From Candidatus Zixiibacteriota bacterium (GTDB taxonomy: Bacteria; Zixibacteria; MSB-5A5; GN15; FEB-12): a stretch of 64,000 nt of DNA. The stretch spans positions 8,409 to 72,408 of the forward strand of contig JBGSIV010000214.1 of assembly GCA_041742355.1 (NCBI GenBank), in the 5' to 3' direction. Below the pieces are notes generated by a model, which made no database searches, was not told the DNA's origin, and saw nothing but the letters and a program-made list of their open reading frames with translations. Below, in pieces: positions 20,561-31,596 of this stretch. Each line of letters opens with the position of its first letter. The first letter of the stretch is position 1. The translations under genes and the position numbers were made by a program.

Positions 20561-21068
20561 CGGCCGCGCACACCCGCAGGGTCACACGCTCTCCCTCGCT
20601 TTGCTCGGGGTCGCGCAAGACCCTGCGGAACGGGGTACCTCCGGGGCGGAGACAAGCCCCGCCCCTACGCGGGGGGTGGGAATGGGTTCGTTGGCGCGTA
20701 TGCAGGTTTTCTTTCCCAGTCGGGTTTCTCGGGGCTCACGCCCCTCGGAACACCGACCTACTTGCAGGATCACCGACCTACGCCTCAGGAACGCCGATGG
20801 CGGCCTCAGGGACACCGAGCTACTCGGATCGCCGGCGTAGATGGGGTTGCTTTCTCGATTTCCAAGTCAGGCTCCAAGGAGCCTGACCTACTTCCTGTCA
20901 CCTGTGTGACCGGGTTGATCGGATACCTATCTGACCGGTTCCGTCCGAATCTCTTCCCACCGCAAGCGGTGGGGCACCCAAGAGAGATTGCTTCGTCGCT
21001 CAGCTCCTCGCAATGACTGCCAGCAATCGTGCACGGGTTTTTTCAACCGGCCGCAAGCGGTGGGGCAC
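20561..21068 (-). repeat. Mosaic REP-like repeat island 2
   Basis: Half F 20561-20571, E 20574-20631, D 20643-20668, N motif 20681, B 20719-20761, C 20866-20891, GTGC hairpin 20956-20977 and 21051-21068, ...CTCGCAATGAC half-repeat 20984-21017. Confidence 0.9.
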
Positions 21069-21172
21069 CCGGCGGTTCATACACCGGCGGTCGTCGAATT
21101 CATGGCGCACACGAATTGATTTGTCTAGTGGTACACCGAACGGGCGAGGCCGTTCAATTGATTGTGCCGGAT

Positions 21173-22693
21173 TCAGTGGCCGACCGCGGCATGGTGGGCG
21201 GCGGTTCTTGATCGGTTCGACTCGATTCCCGCCAGGAATCCGACCAGCGCCTCCCGCACTTCCAGCATGCTCTGGATCCGGTCTTCGCGCTTCTTCACGA
21301 GCATTTTCGACACCAGCCGTTCGAGCCCCTCCGGTATGCCCGGCGCGTATGTGGCCATCGGCGCGGGTGTCGCCACCATGTGTTGCGCCAGAATCCCGGT
21401 CGTGTCGCCGGCGAACGGCGGGCGTCCGGTCAGCAGTTCGTAGAGCGTGATTCCAAGGGAGTAGATATCCGAGCGGGCATCGAGCGCCTCGCCGCAGCAC
21501 TGCTCCGGGCTCATGTAGGCCGGTGATCCGAGGGTCGCCCCGGCCTGGGTCAGAGTTGCGGCCGCGGCCAGTTTGGCGATCCCGAAGTCGGTCAGTTTGG
21601 GTTTGCTGTCGTTGGTCATAAGCACATTCGCGGGTTTGATGTCCCGGTGGATGATGCCTGAGTCGTGGGCGATCGCCAGTCCTTCGGCCACGGCAGCCAC
21701 GATCTCCGCCGCGGAGGTCGGCTCGAGCCGCCCGCGATTTTTGAGAAGGTCGGCCAGCGTGCCGCCGTCGACATACTCCAGGACCATCCACACGGCGTCA
21801 TCCACCGCGACGAAATCATATACCTGCACGATATTCGGATGCGACAGTCGGGCCAGGGCCCGCGCCTCGAGGGTGAAACGGGCGGTGTACTGCTCGTTCC
21901 CCAGCAATCGTCCGGAGAGCTGTTTGATGGCCACGGTCCGTTCCAGCACCCGGTCTTTTCCCCGGTACACGACGCCCATGGCTCCCTCGCCCAGTTTGTG
22001 CTCGAGCGAGTAGCGTTCGTTGAGCCCGATGGAGTTGGCAACGATGGAAGCGGTTGTATGAGTAGAGGTGTTCAAGATCGCTACGGGGGTCTCCATCGTG
22101 GCGGTCGATGAGTTCCGGGTCGCCGTCAGTGACTGCACGCGCCGCTGCAGCCGTTCATGTCGGTCCGGATCGAAGGTCAGCAGTGCGGCCCAGCGGTACA
22201 TCCGGCGGCTGCGTGTCCAGTCGGTCACCAGGAGGGCATCGGCCTGTTGTTCCCAGTTACGCGAGAGCCGCTCACCGGCGGTGAGTCGGTCCGGGAGTTG
22301 CAGGCAGAACTGCCGTCGCATCAACCTCCCTGTGCCGATACAGACGGTCAGCATGAGAACGAGGTTAATGACCCGGGCGGTGCTGTTCGGCTTTTCCTTC
22401 TTCACCAGTCCGAAGAGTTTCCCCTGTTTCGATGGTGGAAAGGCTTTGTTCACGCCGGCACTGAGTACGGGCAGCACGATGAGCATGACCAGTAACGCGA
22501 GTATTGCGGTGGCCAGCCAGGCTCGACCGCAGGTGACAACGGCGTAGCCGAAAGCTATCGGTCGATAGAAAAAGTCGCGCCAGCCGTAGCCGGAACACCC
22601 GGCCGGCAGATCGACCACAGTCTCATCGGGAGCGGTTGTGCGCGTCGTTGTCGGGACCATATCAGTGTTGTCGGCATCCGTTTCTCGGGGCAT
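21173..22693 (-). CDS. Hanks-type Ser/Thr protein kinase with N-terminal membrane segments
   Basis: GEGAMGVVY, VAIKQL, HRDIKPAN, DFG, GSPAYMSPE, DIYSLG; start uncertain (ATG 22693 has a GGGAG SD). Confidence 0.9.
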   Translation of the reverse strand: MPRETDADNTDMVPTTTRTTAPDETVVDLPAGCSGYGWRDFFYRPIAFGYAVVTCGRAWLATAILALLVMLIVLPVLSAGVNKAFPPSKQGKLFGLVKKEKPNSTARVINLVLMLTVCIGTGRLMRRQFCLQLPDRLTAGERLSRNWEQQADALLVTDWTRSRRMYRWAALLTFDPDRHERLQRRVQSLTATRNSSTATMETPVAILNTSTHTTASIVANSIGLNERYSLEHKLGEGAMGVVYRGKDRVLERTVAIKQLSGRLLGNEQYTARFTLEARALARLSHPNIVQVYDFVAVDDAVWMVLEYVDGGTLADLLKNRGRLEPTSAAEIVAAVAEGLAIAHDSGIIHRDIKPANVLMTNDSKPKLTDFGIAKLAAAATLTQAGATLGSPAYMSPEQCCGEALDARSDIYSLGITLYELLTGRPPFAGDTTGILAQHMVATPAPMATYAPGIPEGLERLVSKMLVKKREDRIQSMLEVREALVGFLAGIESNRSRTAAHHAAVGH

Positions 22694-22920
22694 AACGCTC
22701 CCCGGCAGGCGGATATCCCGGCTTTTCGGCCTCCCTGGCCGGCGGTTTGTACGGGCCGGGTCACATTTGCCGACATCCGACCGTAACTCCTTAATTTTCA
22801 ATGCAATAGATATCATTGAGGATGGGTTTTTTGTTGCTCTTTAAGCATATAATGTGTACTATTGCCCGTACCGCGAATATGGACGTGAGAACTGCAAGAT
22901 AGAAGGGAAACACTGCTGCC

Positions 22921-25353
22921 ATGGCAATGGAACGGCAAAAGATAGAACCGGTCTTTCTCGAAGAGGAGATGAAGAGCTCCTACCTCGATTACTCCATGTC
23001 GGTTATTACGAATCGGGCCCTGCCTGATATTCGCGACGGCCTCAAGCCGTCGAACCGACGCATCCTGGTAGCGATGAATGATCTGAATCTCGCTCCTGGC
23101 CGCCCGCACCGTAAGTGCGCGAAAATCTGCGGCGATACCTCCGGTAACTACCATCCCCACGGTGAGCAGGTTGTGTATCCGACCCTGGTGCGCATGGCGC
23201 AGGATTTCAACATGCGCTATCCGCTGGTCGACGGCCAGGGGAACTTCGGCTCGATCGACGGTGACGGCGCGGCGGCCATGCGGTATACGGAAGCCCGCCT
23301 GACTCCGATAGCCATGGAGATGCTCGAGGATCTCAAGAAAGAGACTGTCGACTTCATGGCCAACTATGATTCCACGCGCGAGGAGCCGGTTGTCCTGCCA
23401 GGCAAGTTCCCGAACCTGCTGTGCAACGGGACCTCGGGTATCGCGGTCGGTATGGCCACGAATATTCCGCCGCACAATCTGAGCGAGATCGGCGGCGCAA
23501 TCATTCACGTGATCGAGAATCCGGAATGCACCAACGACGATCTGATTCGCCTCGTGCCTGGGCCCGATTTTCCGACGGGCGGCATTATCAATGGCCGCGA
23601 GGGGATTCGCGAGGCCTACCGTACGGGGAAGGGGCATGTGTATGTCCGGGCCCGCGCTTCGGTCGAACGGATGAAGACCGGCAAGGATGCGATCATCGTT
23701 TCGGAAATCCCGTTCCAGGTCAACAAGACCAACCTGCTGGAGAAGATCGCCGAGCTGGTGCGCGACAAGAAGATCGACGGCATTTCCGATCTGCGTGATG
23801 AATCCGACCGCGACGGCATGCGCATTTACATCGAGCTCAAACGCGACACGCAGCCGGATGTTGTCCTCAACCAGCTCTTCGCCCACACGACGATGCAGAC
23901 GACCTTCTCGGTCAACATGCTCGGGCTGGACCATGGCGTGCCGAAGCTGCTGTCGATCAAGCAGCTCATCACGGCATTCATCGAGCACCGGCACGAAGTG
24001 GTCGTGCGGCGGACCAAGTACGATCTGCGCAAGGCGGAAGAGCGCGCGCACATTCTCGAGGGCTACCGGATCGCGCTGGATCATATCGACGAAGTGATCG
24101 CGCTTATCCGCAAGTCGAAAGACACGCCGTCGGCGCACGCCGGCCTCATGAAGAAATTCGGGCTTTCCGATATCCAAGCCACAGCAATCCTCGAGATGCG
24201 GCTCCAGCGCCTCACCGGCCTCGAGCGCCAGAAAATCGAGGACGAGTATCGTGAGCTGATCCAGAAGATCTCCGAGTACAAGGCGATCCTCGAGTCCAAG
24301 GCCCTGCGCATGCAGATTATCAAGGACGAGATCAGCATGCTGATCGACAAGTACGGCGACGCCCGCCGGACCGAGATCCAGGATGCGGCCGAGGAGCTGT
24401 CGGTCGAGGATCTGATCGCCGAGGAAGAGATGGTCATCACCATCTCCCATGAAGGCTACGTCAAGCGCCTCTCGGTCACCGGTTATCGCCGCCAGCAGCG
24501 CGGGGGCATGGGCGTGCGGGGTATCGAAACCAAGGAAGACGACTGGGCCGAGCACCTCTTTGTCGCGTCGACCCACGACTACGTCCTGTTCTTCTCGAAC
24601 AAGGGGCGCTGTTACTGGCTGAAGGTGCACGAGATTCCGCTCGGCGGGCGGCTCGCCAAGGGCAAGCCGATCGTGAACCTTGTCCAGATGGAGAAGGGCG
24701 AGATCATCACCGCCTTCTGTCGCGTGCGCGAGTTTGTGGCCGACAAGTATATCGTTTTCGCCACCAAGCAGGGAGTGATCAAGAAGGTGTCGCTCGACGC
24801 TTTCTCGCACCCGCGCGTGACCGGGGTCAACGCGATAACGCTGCCGGTGGAAGACGAGCTGATCGAGGCCTCGCTGACCGATGGCTCGTTTGACATCGTG
24901 ATGGCCACGCGCAAAGGCATGGCGATCCGGTTCAACGAGGAGAAAGTCCGCGCCATGGGCCGCACCGCGTACGGCGTCAAGGGGATCAACCTCGAGAAGA
25001 AGGACTACTGCATCGGCATGGTCGTGGTGAAGCGGGACAGCACGCTCTTGACCATTTGCGAGAACGGCCATGGGAAGCGCACCTCGATCGACGACTACCG
25101 CATCACCAACCGTGGCGGCAAGGGGATCATCAACATCAAGACGACCGAACGCAACGGCGAAGTGGTGGCGATCAAGGAAGTGCTCGACCAAGACGAGCTG
25201 ATCATCATCAGCCGCAAGGGAGTGACCTGCCGTCTCGCGGTCAAGAGCATCAAGACGATCGGCCGCAATACCCAGGGTGTGAAGCTCATGCAGATGCGCG
25301 AGGACGACAAGGTGATCGATGTCGCGCATGTGGTGACGGAAGAGTCGCAGTGA
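22921..25353 (+). CDS. gyrA: DNA gyrase subunit A
   Basis: [26 protein letters not shown] (catalytic Tyr), GyrA-box-like QQRGGMG. Confidence 0.97.
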   Translation: MAMERQKIEPVFLEEEMKSSYLDYSMSVITNRALPDIRDGLKPSNRRILVAMNDLNLAPGRPHRKCAKICGDTSGNYHPHGEQVVYPTLVRMAQDFNMRYPLVDGQGNFGSIDGDGAAAMRYTEARLTPIAMEMLEDLKKETVDFMANYDSTREEPVVLPGKFPNLLCNGTSGIAVGMATNIPPHNLSEIGGAIIHVIENPECTNDDLIRLVPGPDFPTGGIINGREGIREAYRTGKGHVYVRARASVERMKTGKDAIIVSEIPFQVNKTNLLEKIAELVRDKKIDGISDLRDESDRDGMRIYIELKRDTQPDVVLNQLFAHTTMQTTFSVNMLGLDHGVPKLLSIKQLITAFIEHRHEVVVRRTKYDLRKAEERAHILEGYRIALDHIDEVIALIRKSKDTPSAHAGLMKKFGLSDIQATAILEMRLQRLTGLERQKIEDEYRELIQKISEYKAILESKALRMQIIKDEISMLIDKYGDARRTEIQDAAEELSVEDLIAEEEMVITISHEGYVKRLSVTGYRRQQRGGMGVRGIETKEDDWAEHLFVASTHDYVLFFSNKGRCYWLKVHEIPLGGRLAKGKPIVNLVQMEKGEIITAFCRVREFVADKYIVFATKQGVIKKVSLDAFSHPRVTGVNAITLPVEDELIEASLTDGSFDIVMATRKGMAIRFNEEKVRAMGRTAYGVKGINLEKKDYCIGMVVVKRDSTLLTICENGHGKRTSIDDYRITNRGGKGIINIKTTERNGEVVAIKEVLDQDELIIISRKGVTCRLAVKSIKTIGRNTQGVKLMQMREDDKVIDVAHVVTEESQ

Positions 25354-25377
25354 TGCGACGCCCTATCTGATTCATTC

Positions 25378-25402
25378 GAACGGGCCCGGCGAGGGCCCGT
25401 TC
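25378..25402 (+). terminator. Hairpin after gyrA
   Basis: GAACGGGCCC-GGCGA-GGGCCCGTTC. Confidence 0.6.
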
Positions 25403-25610
25403 TGCTTTCAGCCGGTCGGCTTCCCTATTCAAACCGGGTGCCAATCCCACCTATCGAACCAATCCAAGACTTTAATGTCTTTGTTGACATCCTCCGACAA
25501 CATCTCTACCTTCAATGCAACAACAGGTTATCACATAACGTGCCCCTTCTTTCGGGGGGTCTGTCGTTCCGGCAATCGTCGCGGTGGGGGCACAATCAAG
25601 GGAGTCCTCC

Positions 25611-28058
25611 ATGAAGCGCATCTTCTCTCTCCTGTTCGCGCTCCTCATCGTGCCGGCAGCCGCACTGGCCGAGGGGGAGCTGGCGCTGTTCTCCGGCCAC
25701 TATGGAATCCTCTTCAATAGCGGCGTATCCGGCGTAACCTCAGGTGACCTCAACAATGACGGTCTGGTCGATCTCGTCGTCGATGTCGATGGCGCCTATG
25801 GTTTCTACGTCGCATACGCCTATCCCAACGGCGCTTTCGCCCCTCCGGTCCTTCACCCGACCGTCGAAAACGTCTACTCCATTGCCCTCATACACCTCAA
25901 TGCCGATACCTACTTGGACATTGTGGTCGGCACCGATGATGGGATGCTCGTTTTCCTGAATGACGGTTACGGCAGTTTTCCCTCCTCCTCCCATTATCCG
26001 AACCCCTGGGATTTCGAGGGACTTGTCGGGGTTGACTATGACGGGGACAGCGATCTCGATTGCGTCGCCCTCGGATACAGCCGGCTCTTCTTCTACGCCA
26101 ATGATGGTGAGGGCGCACTTGTTCTGACCGACAGCATTCCCTACGCGTTCGGTGGAAACCAGGGCCTCGTTACCGCCGATTTCAATACGGACACCTATCC
26201 CGATCTCGCATTCAGCGGCTATGAACGTGACTCCGTGTACGTCCTCCTGCACAACGGCAGCAATGGCTACCTGCCGGCGGTCCCGTACGCTTCGGGGGAC
26301 AATCCGACCAAGCTCATACTTGCCGATGTGGACAACGACAACCGGGCGGACATAATCGTCGGCAACCGTCTTACCACTGAATTTCGCGTTCTTACCGGCA
26401 ATTCTGACGGGTCCTTTGATCCGGCGAGCGCCTATGTCGCCGGCACCGATCCAATGGCGATTGCCGCCGGCGATTTCGACAGCGATGGCTGGACGGACCT
26501 CGCTATCGCCTGTTTCCAAGCCCAACGCCTTACCATAATGCACAATAACCAGGATGGTACATTTGCCCTTGCCGGTTGGTTTGACAACGAATACGCGGTA
26601 GCAGTGGACGCCGGCTATTTCGATGGCGATACCCACCTGGACCTCGCAGTCACGGCGGACGATGGGTACCTGCGTGTGCTTTTTGGCGATGGCACCGGTG
26701 ATTTTCCGGATGTGACGGCCTGCCGCACCGACAAACCGGTATACGGGTACTCGACCGTCGACGTCGATGCCGACAGCGATATCGACGTTGTCTATACTAA
26801 TCGTGACGATCGGTCCCTGAATGTCCTTCGTAACAACGGGTCCGGCAGCTTCTCGGTGCCGGATGTGACCACCATCACCAACGCCCTGCCCGACGATCTC
26901 TGCATGGCCGACGTCACGAACAGCAATGGCGTCGACGCCATCGTCGCCGATGGTGATCGCGACACCCTCTACGTGCTGTTCAATGACGGCAGCGGCGCGT
27001 TTTCGCTGACCGACCACCTGGCCACAGGGGACAAGCCGATTCGACCGGTGGCCGCACATCTCAACGGCGATAGCTTTCTCGATCTGGCTGTCGCCAACAG
27101 CAACGGCAACAGCATTTCAGTCTTCATCAACAACCAGGATGGCTCATTCGCCGATCGAACCGACTACCCGGTCAGAGAAGATCCGAGAGCGGTCACGGTC
27201 CTCGACGCCGATGGTGATGACGACCTTGATCTCGTTGTCGCTTCACGCACGTATCCTGATCCGTCGGTCGATATACTCATCAACGACGGCTCCGGAGTAT
27301 TTTCGGACGGCGCTTCCATTCCGCTTGACGGGCGTTATCCTGAGAATGTGTTCGCCCTTGATCACGACGGTGACAGTGATCTCGATCTGTTCGTGCTGAT
27401 TGAAGAGGATACGGTCATGGTTTTCACTAATCAGGGAATGGGGAACTTTGCCGGACCCGAGTGGATTCCGATCCCCGTTGATGGGTACGCTCTCTCCGCC
27501 GATGATGTCGATAAGGACGGCGACCTTGATCTGGCCCTCGCCCACGGTTACTATTTTGCGACGCTTCTCGGAAACAACGGCGACGGCACTTTCGGTCCCC
27601 CCATGACGTGGTATACGGGTGATCCCACTTACGGAATCGCGCTGGCCGATGTCACCGGTGATGACTGGCCCGACATGCTTACGTTTCCGGGCGACTATAC
27701 GTATGACAGCTCGATCTGCGTATTCGTCAATCAGCAGCAGCAGATTCCTCTCGGTGTCGACGATGATCCCGATCAGCTCCCCGCCACGTTTTCTTTGGGC
27801 GCCTACCCCAATCCGTTCAATGCGTCGCAGACCATTGCCTTCACGCTCCCCAACCGGAGCCTTGTCCGGCTTGACGTTTTCAACGTCCTCGGCCAGAAAG
27901 TCAGGACGCTCGTCGACGGCATGCTTTCCGCCGGCGAGCATCGGACGACATGGAATGGCCAGGCCGACGGTGGGCGGACCGCGCCGACCGGCCTGTACTT
28001 TTATCGGCTCGTAGTGGATGGAACGAAGGAGACGCGCAAGGCTTTGCTGCTGAAATAG
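25611..28058 (+). CDS. Secreted FG-GAP/VCBS repeat protein with a C-terminal FlgD/T9SS-type domain
   Basis: Signal peptide; many DxDxDGxxDL repeats; C-terminal YPNPFN...VFNVLGQKVRTL...WNG...GLYFYRL...LLK. Confidence 0.88.
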   Translation: MKRIFSLLFALLIVPAAALAEGELALFSGHYGILFNSGVSGVTSGDLNNDGLVDLVVDVDGAYGFYVAYAYPNGAFAPPVLHPTVENVYSIALIHLNADTYLDIVVGTDDGMLVFLNDGYGSFPSSSHYPNPWDFEGLVGVDYDGDSDLDCVALGYSRLFFYANDGEGALVLTDSIPYAFGGNQGLVTADFNTDTYPDLAFSGYERDSVYVLLHNGSNGYLPAVPYASGDNPTKLILADVDNDNRADIIVGNRLTTEFRVLTGNSDGSFDPASAYVAGTDPMAIAAGDFDSDGWTDLAIACFQAQRLTIMHNNQDGTFALAGWFDNEYAVAVDAGYFDGDTHLDLAVTADDGYLRVLFGDGTGDFPDVTACRTDKPVYGYSTVDVDADSDIDVVYTNRDDRSLNVLRNNGSGSFSVPDVTTITNALPDDLCMADVTNSNGVDAIVADGDRDTLYVLFNDGSGAFSLTDHLATGDKPIRPVAAHLNGDSFLDLAVANSNGNSISVFINNQDGSFADRTDYPVREDPRAVTVLDADGDDDLDLVVASRTYPDPSVDILINDGSGVFSDGASIPLDGRYPENVFALDHDGDSDLDLFVLIEEDTVMVFTNQGMGNFAGPEWIPIPVDGYALSADDVDKDGDLDLALAHGYYFATLLGNNGDGTFGPPMTWYTGDPTYGIALADVTGDDWPDMLTFPGDYTYDSSICVFVNQQQQIPLGVDDDPDQLPATFSLGAYPNPFNASQTIAFTLPNRSLVRLDVFNVLGQKVRTLVDGMLSAGEHRTTWNGQADGGRTAPTGLYFYRLVVDGTKETRKALLLK

Positions 28059-28081
28059 ATTCGCCGATCCGGCACACGCAT

Positions 28082-28109
28082 GAAGAGCCCGCCGAAACGC
28101 GGGCTCTTC
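28082..28109. terminator. Hairpin between convergent genes
   Basis: GAAGAGCCCGC-CGAAAC-GCGGGCTCTTC. Confidence 0.7.
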
Positions 28110-28152
28110 TCATATTCTCCAGTTTGCCAGACGGCGTACGCCGCAATTCTCG

Positions 28153-30450
28153 TTAGAACCGCGTGGTCAGGCCGATGCTCGGCAGCACGCCGGCATCGTA
28201 CACGTATCCGTCCGGCGCGCTGATAATCGGATTCGCCCGATTGGTCACATTCGCCACCGACCCGTACACTTCGGTACCTCCGAGGTTGATGGCGACGCTC
28301 AGGTTAAGCGACACGTGCACAGGAAACCGAGCCGCATTCTCAGTCCGCAGTGAGGCTTCGTAGTATTCGCGGCTGTAGCGATCGTCTCCGTAGATATCTT
28401 CGCTCGAGGGCAGCGGGGTGTAGGCGTAACCGGACCGTACGTTCAGTTCCGCTCCCAGCCGCACCCTCGCGTTCATATCGTAGCGCCCCCGGGCCATGAA
28501 GCGGTGTGGCGCGTTCAATTCGTAGGGTACGGTCACTCCCGAGGTCGTTTTCACCGCGTGCGTGTAGCCGTAGTAGCTGTCGAGGTGGAGTTTTCCCCGC
28601 AGCAAGCCATCGGCCGCCACGGAGACATCGCCGCCATAGAAGTCGTTGCGGCCCGCGGATACTGACCGGAGAAATCCCTCCTCGGCGACGGCTACGCTGA
28701 CCTGGCTGAAATCCGGCTCGACGACCGGCAGGTGGTCGATCCGTTTGCGAAACGCCGACAGGGTCACCGGGCCGTGTTCATACTGGGCGCTGAGAAGGGC
28801 CGTGCGAATCGGCAGCAGGGAGTTGTAGTCCATCTGGATAATCGGCTGGTAGGGTTCCAGGACGCGGCGCGCGGGATCTTCCACGAACGTTCCCGCGAAG
28901 AGGTTCACCCGCTTGTTGTCTCCGACCGGGATTGTCACGGCCTGCCGCACGGTCAGCCACTCGCTGCGCGCCAACGCGCCGTAGTGTCCCGCCCGCACCC
29001 CTGATTCCATTTGCACGTTTCCCAGCCGCCAGCGCACCGAGGCAAACGCGGCGTTGTCGATCCGGCGGCGCGTGCCGTGATAGTCTCCGTACAACTGGTT
29101 GAGTTCCGTCTGATATGCGTGCGGGATATCGCTGGCCGCGTCGGGCGGCAGGAAGTTCCAGTTCTCCTGTGTCAGGTCAATCCGCTGTCCCATCACCGAT
29201 CGTAGCTGATCCCCCACGGTCAGTTCGATCTCGCCGAGCATCAGCGTCGCTTCCGCGCCGAATACCGCCTGCGTTCCCGAGGCCTGCAGATTGAGAATGG
29301 GCTGTGTTTGTGCGGCGGTTGCCTGGACCGGCGAGGCTTCGTAGCGTTCGTCGGTCGAGCGGACCGCAGCTTTCAGGCGAATCAGCGCTCCCGGCCGAAG
29401 CGACTCCAGCCGTCCGCCCACGTAGTGCTCCGAGGTCGCGAGCACGGTGCTCGCGCCGAGCGGATTTCGCGCGGAGGGCTCGGTGCGGTACTTCAGGCCG
29501 TCGCTGACATGATACTGATCCACCACAAAGTGAGTCGCCTCGCCCAGGCGAATCCCGGTCGAGGCGAATATATCGCGGAAACTTGTCGGCGGAATCGTTC
29601 GTCGTCCGCTGTCGACGTCGAATCGGTCGACAATCTCGTCGAGCACCGACTTTCGCACTGCTCCGGTCGAGAACCAGCAGCTTCCCCCGGCCGACCATGT
29701 TCCTCCGGCTTCGATCGCCGACAGGTTGATTTCTGCATCGGAGTGTGATTCGAAGCGCTTGTGCGTTTCGAATTCCACGGCCGAGGGCGCGTCCAGCCGC
29801 GCCGGGGTGCCCTGCGTCCGGACCGTCATTTCGTCGATCACTCCCGCGGGAATGACGGAGAACATCCCGTAGTGGTTCGGATTGCGCCCGATTTCGATAT
29901 CATTGATGTAGTAGGTGGGCGAGGTGCCGTTGATCCGCAGCCGCGACGAATGCGCGGAGCCCTCGCGGATCACCTGCGGCTCTTTGACCGCGCTGACCGG
30001 ATTCGAGGGCAGAAACGACGCCCTGGCGCCGTCGGCAATTTCCAGCTGCGAGAATTCAGCTTTCGGTTCATCGAGGACCGCCAAGGGATAAACCTCGATC
30101 CGCCCCACATCGACCAGCACGGCTTTCAGTTTCACGACGACGGTTGTCGAATCCCGGTCGAGGAAGAACTGCTTTTCGTACTTGGCGTAACCGATCGAGG
30201 AAATTTCCAACGATATCGTTTCGGCGCGTGAGGCGGGGATCTTCAGCACGAATCGCCCGTCCAGCCCGGTCGGGACTCCCCCGATAACCGTGCTGTCATC
30301 GTTGCGGGCGAGGACCGTTGCCCCGACCACCACGCCGCCGTCGGTCCCGAGGACTTTGCCCGAAACCACGCGCCAGGCGGCTGAAACCGGGGAAGTAGAT
30401 CCGATAACAGCCAGGAAGATCGCCAGAAGGACTTTCATCGATTTTGCCAT
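28153..30450 (-). CDS. TonB-dependent receptor-like outer-membrane protein
   Basis: Signal peptide, carboxypeptidase-regulatory-like N-domain (VSGKV...GATV...DGRF...SIGY), plug-like segment, C-terminal Phe; AGGAG SD. Confidence 0.75.
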   Translation of the reverse strand: MAKSMKVLLAIFLAVIGSTSPVSAAWRVVSGKVLGTDGGVVVGATVLARNDDSTVIGGVPTGLDGRFVLKIPASRAETISLEISSIGYAKYEKQFFLDRDSTTVVVKLKAVLVDVGRIEVYPLAVLDEPKAEFSQLEIADGARASFLPSNPVSAVKEPQVIREGSAHSSRLRINGTSPTYYINDIEIGRNPNHYGMFSVIPAGVIDEMTVRTQGTPARLDAPSAVEFETHKRFESHSDAEINLSAIEAGGTWSAGGSCWFSTGAVRKSVLDEIVDRFDVDSGRRTIPPTSFRDIFASTGIRLGEATHFVVDQYHVSDGLKYRTEPSARNPLGASTVLATSEHYVGGRLESLRPGALIRLKAAVRSTDERYEASPVQATAAQTQPILNLQASGTQAVFGAEATLMLGEIELTVGDQLRSVMGQRIDLTQENWNFLPPDAASDIPHAYQTELNQLYGDYHGTRRRIDNAAFASVRWRLGNVQMESGVRAGHYGALARSEWLTVRQAVTIPVGDNKRVNLFAGTFVEDPARRVLEPYQPIIQMDYNSLLPIRTALLSAQYEHGPVTLSAFRKRIDHLPVVEPDFSQVSVAVAEEGFLRSVSAGRNDFYGGDVSVAADGLLRGKLHLDSYYGYTHAVKTTSGVTVPYELNAPHRFMARGRYDMNARVRLGAELNVRSGYAYTPLPSSEDIYGDDRYSREYYEASLRTENAARFPVHVSLNLSVAINLGGTEVYGSVANVTNRANPIISAPDGYVYDAGVLPSIGLTTRF

Positions 30451-30666
30451 AGTTTTTCCTCTCCTCCTGCCTTAGCACAAACGGTGTGCCGAAAACGGGA
30501 AAGGATCATGAGAGGCTATGACCTTGTGTACCAGAAACTTAGAATATTGCAGGGACTTGCAGGACCATGAAGAGGAATGCCTGATGTGCAGAACCGGTCA
30601 CAGGAGGAAACGCAGGATATCGCGAGTTTATTTGCCGGAATTTGCTTTCCCCCATATATTTGCCCG

Positions 30667-31596
30667 ATGCCGTACCTCGGAGAAACCGCTGCCCTGGCCA
30701 CGTCGTTCTTCTGGTCGTTCACCTCGATCTTTTTCGCCGAGGGGGGGAAGCTCATTGGTTCCTTCAAGGTCAACAACATCCGCCTGGTGATGGCGGTGGG
30801 GATCTACGCCGTTATCCTGACTCTTCTTACCGGCGCTCCTTTCCCGGCCGACATCAACGGGCAGCAGCTCTTCTGGCTGGGTCTCTCGGGACTCGTGGGT
30901 TTGGTTTTCGGTGACAGCTGCGGTTTCAAGGCGCTTGTCATGATCGGCCCTCGCCTGACCACCCTCCTCTACGCCACCACCCCGATCTGGACGACGATTG
31001 TCGCGTGGGTGTTCCTGGGCGAACGGCTCACGGCGCTCGATGTCCTCGGCATCGTGATCACCGTGACCGGGATTATCTGGGTAGTCACCGAGCGCCGGTT
31101 TGGTCCGGCGCTGCCGAATGGAGTCGCGACCGGCCACCCCGATGCAGGCTCCTACTTCACCGGGATCCTCCTCGGACTCGGCGCCGCGCTGGGGCAGGCG
31201 GTCGGGCTGGTGCTAGCGAAACAGGGGATGCTCCACGCGGGGGGGACGATCGAACCGATCGAGGCTTCCGCTGTTCGCATGGGCGTCGCCCTCATAGGGA
31301 TCTGGATCCTGTCGGCCATTCGCGGCCAGATATCCGCCACGATATCCGCCGTTCGCCACTCGCGGGCGATGGCGTTCACGTTCGGCGGCGCCTTTTTCGG
31401 TCCGTTCCTCGGGGTGTGGATGTCGCTGCTTGCTGTCGCCCACATCGCGGCGGGTATCGCGTCGACCCTCAATTCGATGACCCCGGTGATGATTTTGCCG
31501 CTGCTGATATTCTACTACAAGGAGCGCCCCACGCTACGCGCGTGGCTCGGCGCGATTGTCGCGGTCGGGGGGGTTACACTCCTCTTTCTGAACTGA
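30667..31596 (+). CDS. DMT/EamA family transporter
   Basis: About 10 TM segments with two EamA repeats; MPYLGETAALATS start 6 nt after TATATT. Confidence 0.88.
   Translation: MPYLGETAALATSFFWSFTSIFFAEGGKLIGSFKVNNIRLVMAVGIYAVILTLLTGAPFPADINGQQLFWLGLSGLVGLVFGDSCGFKALVMIGPRLTTLLYATTPIWTTIVAWVFLGERLTALDVLGIVITVTGIIWVVTERRFGPALPNGVATGHPDAGSYFTGILLGLGAALGQAVGLVLAKQGMLHAGGTIEPIEASAVRMGVALIGIWILSAIRGQISATISAVRHSRAMAFTFGGAFFGPFLGVWMSLLAVAHIAAGIASTLNSMTPVMILPLLIFYYKERPTLRAWLGAIVAVGGVTLLFLN

Noticed and set aside
30474..30492. Sigma-54 promoter before the TonB-dependent receptor
   Set aside because: CGGCAC-N5-TTGT lacks the -12 GC at the required spacing
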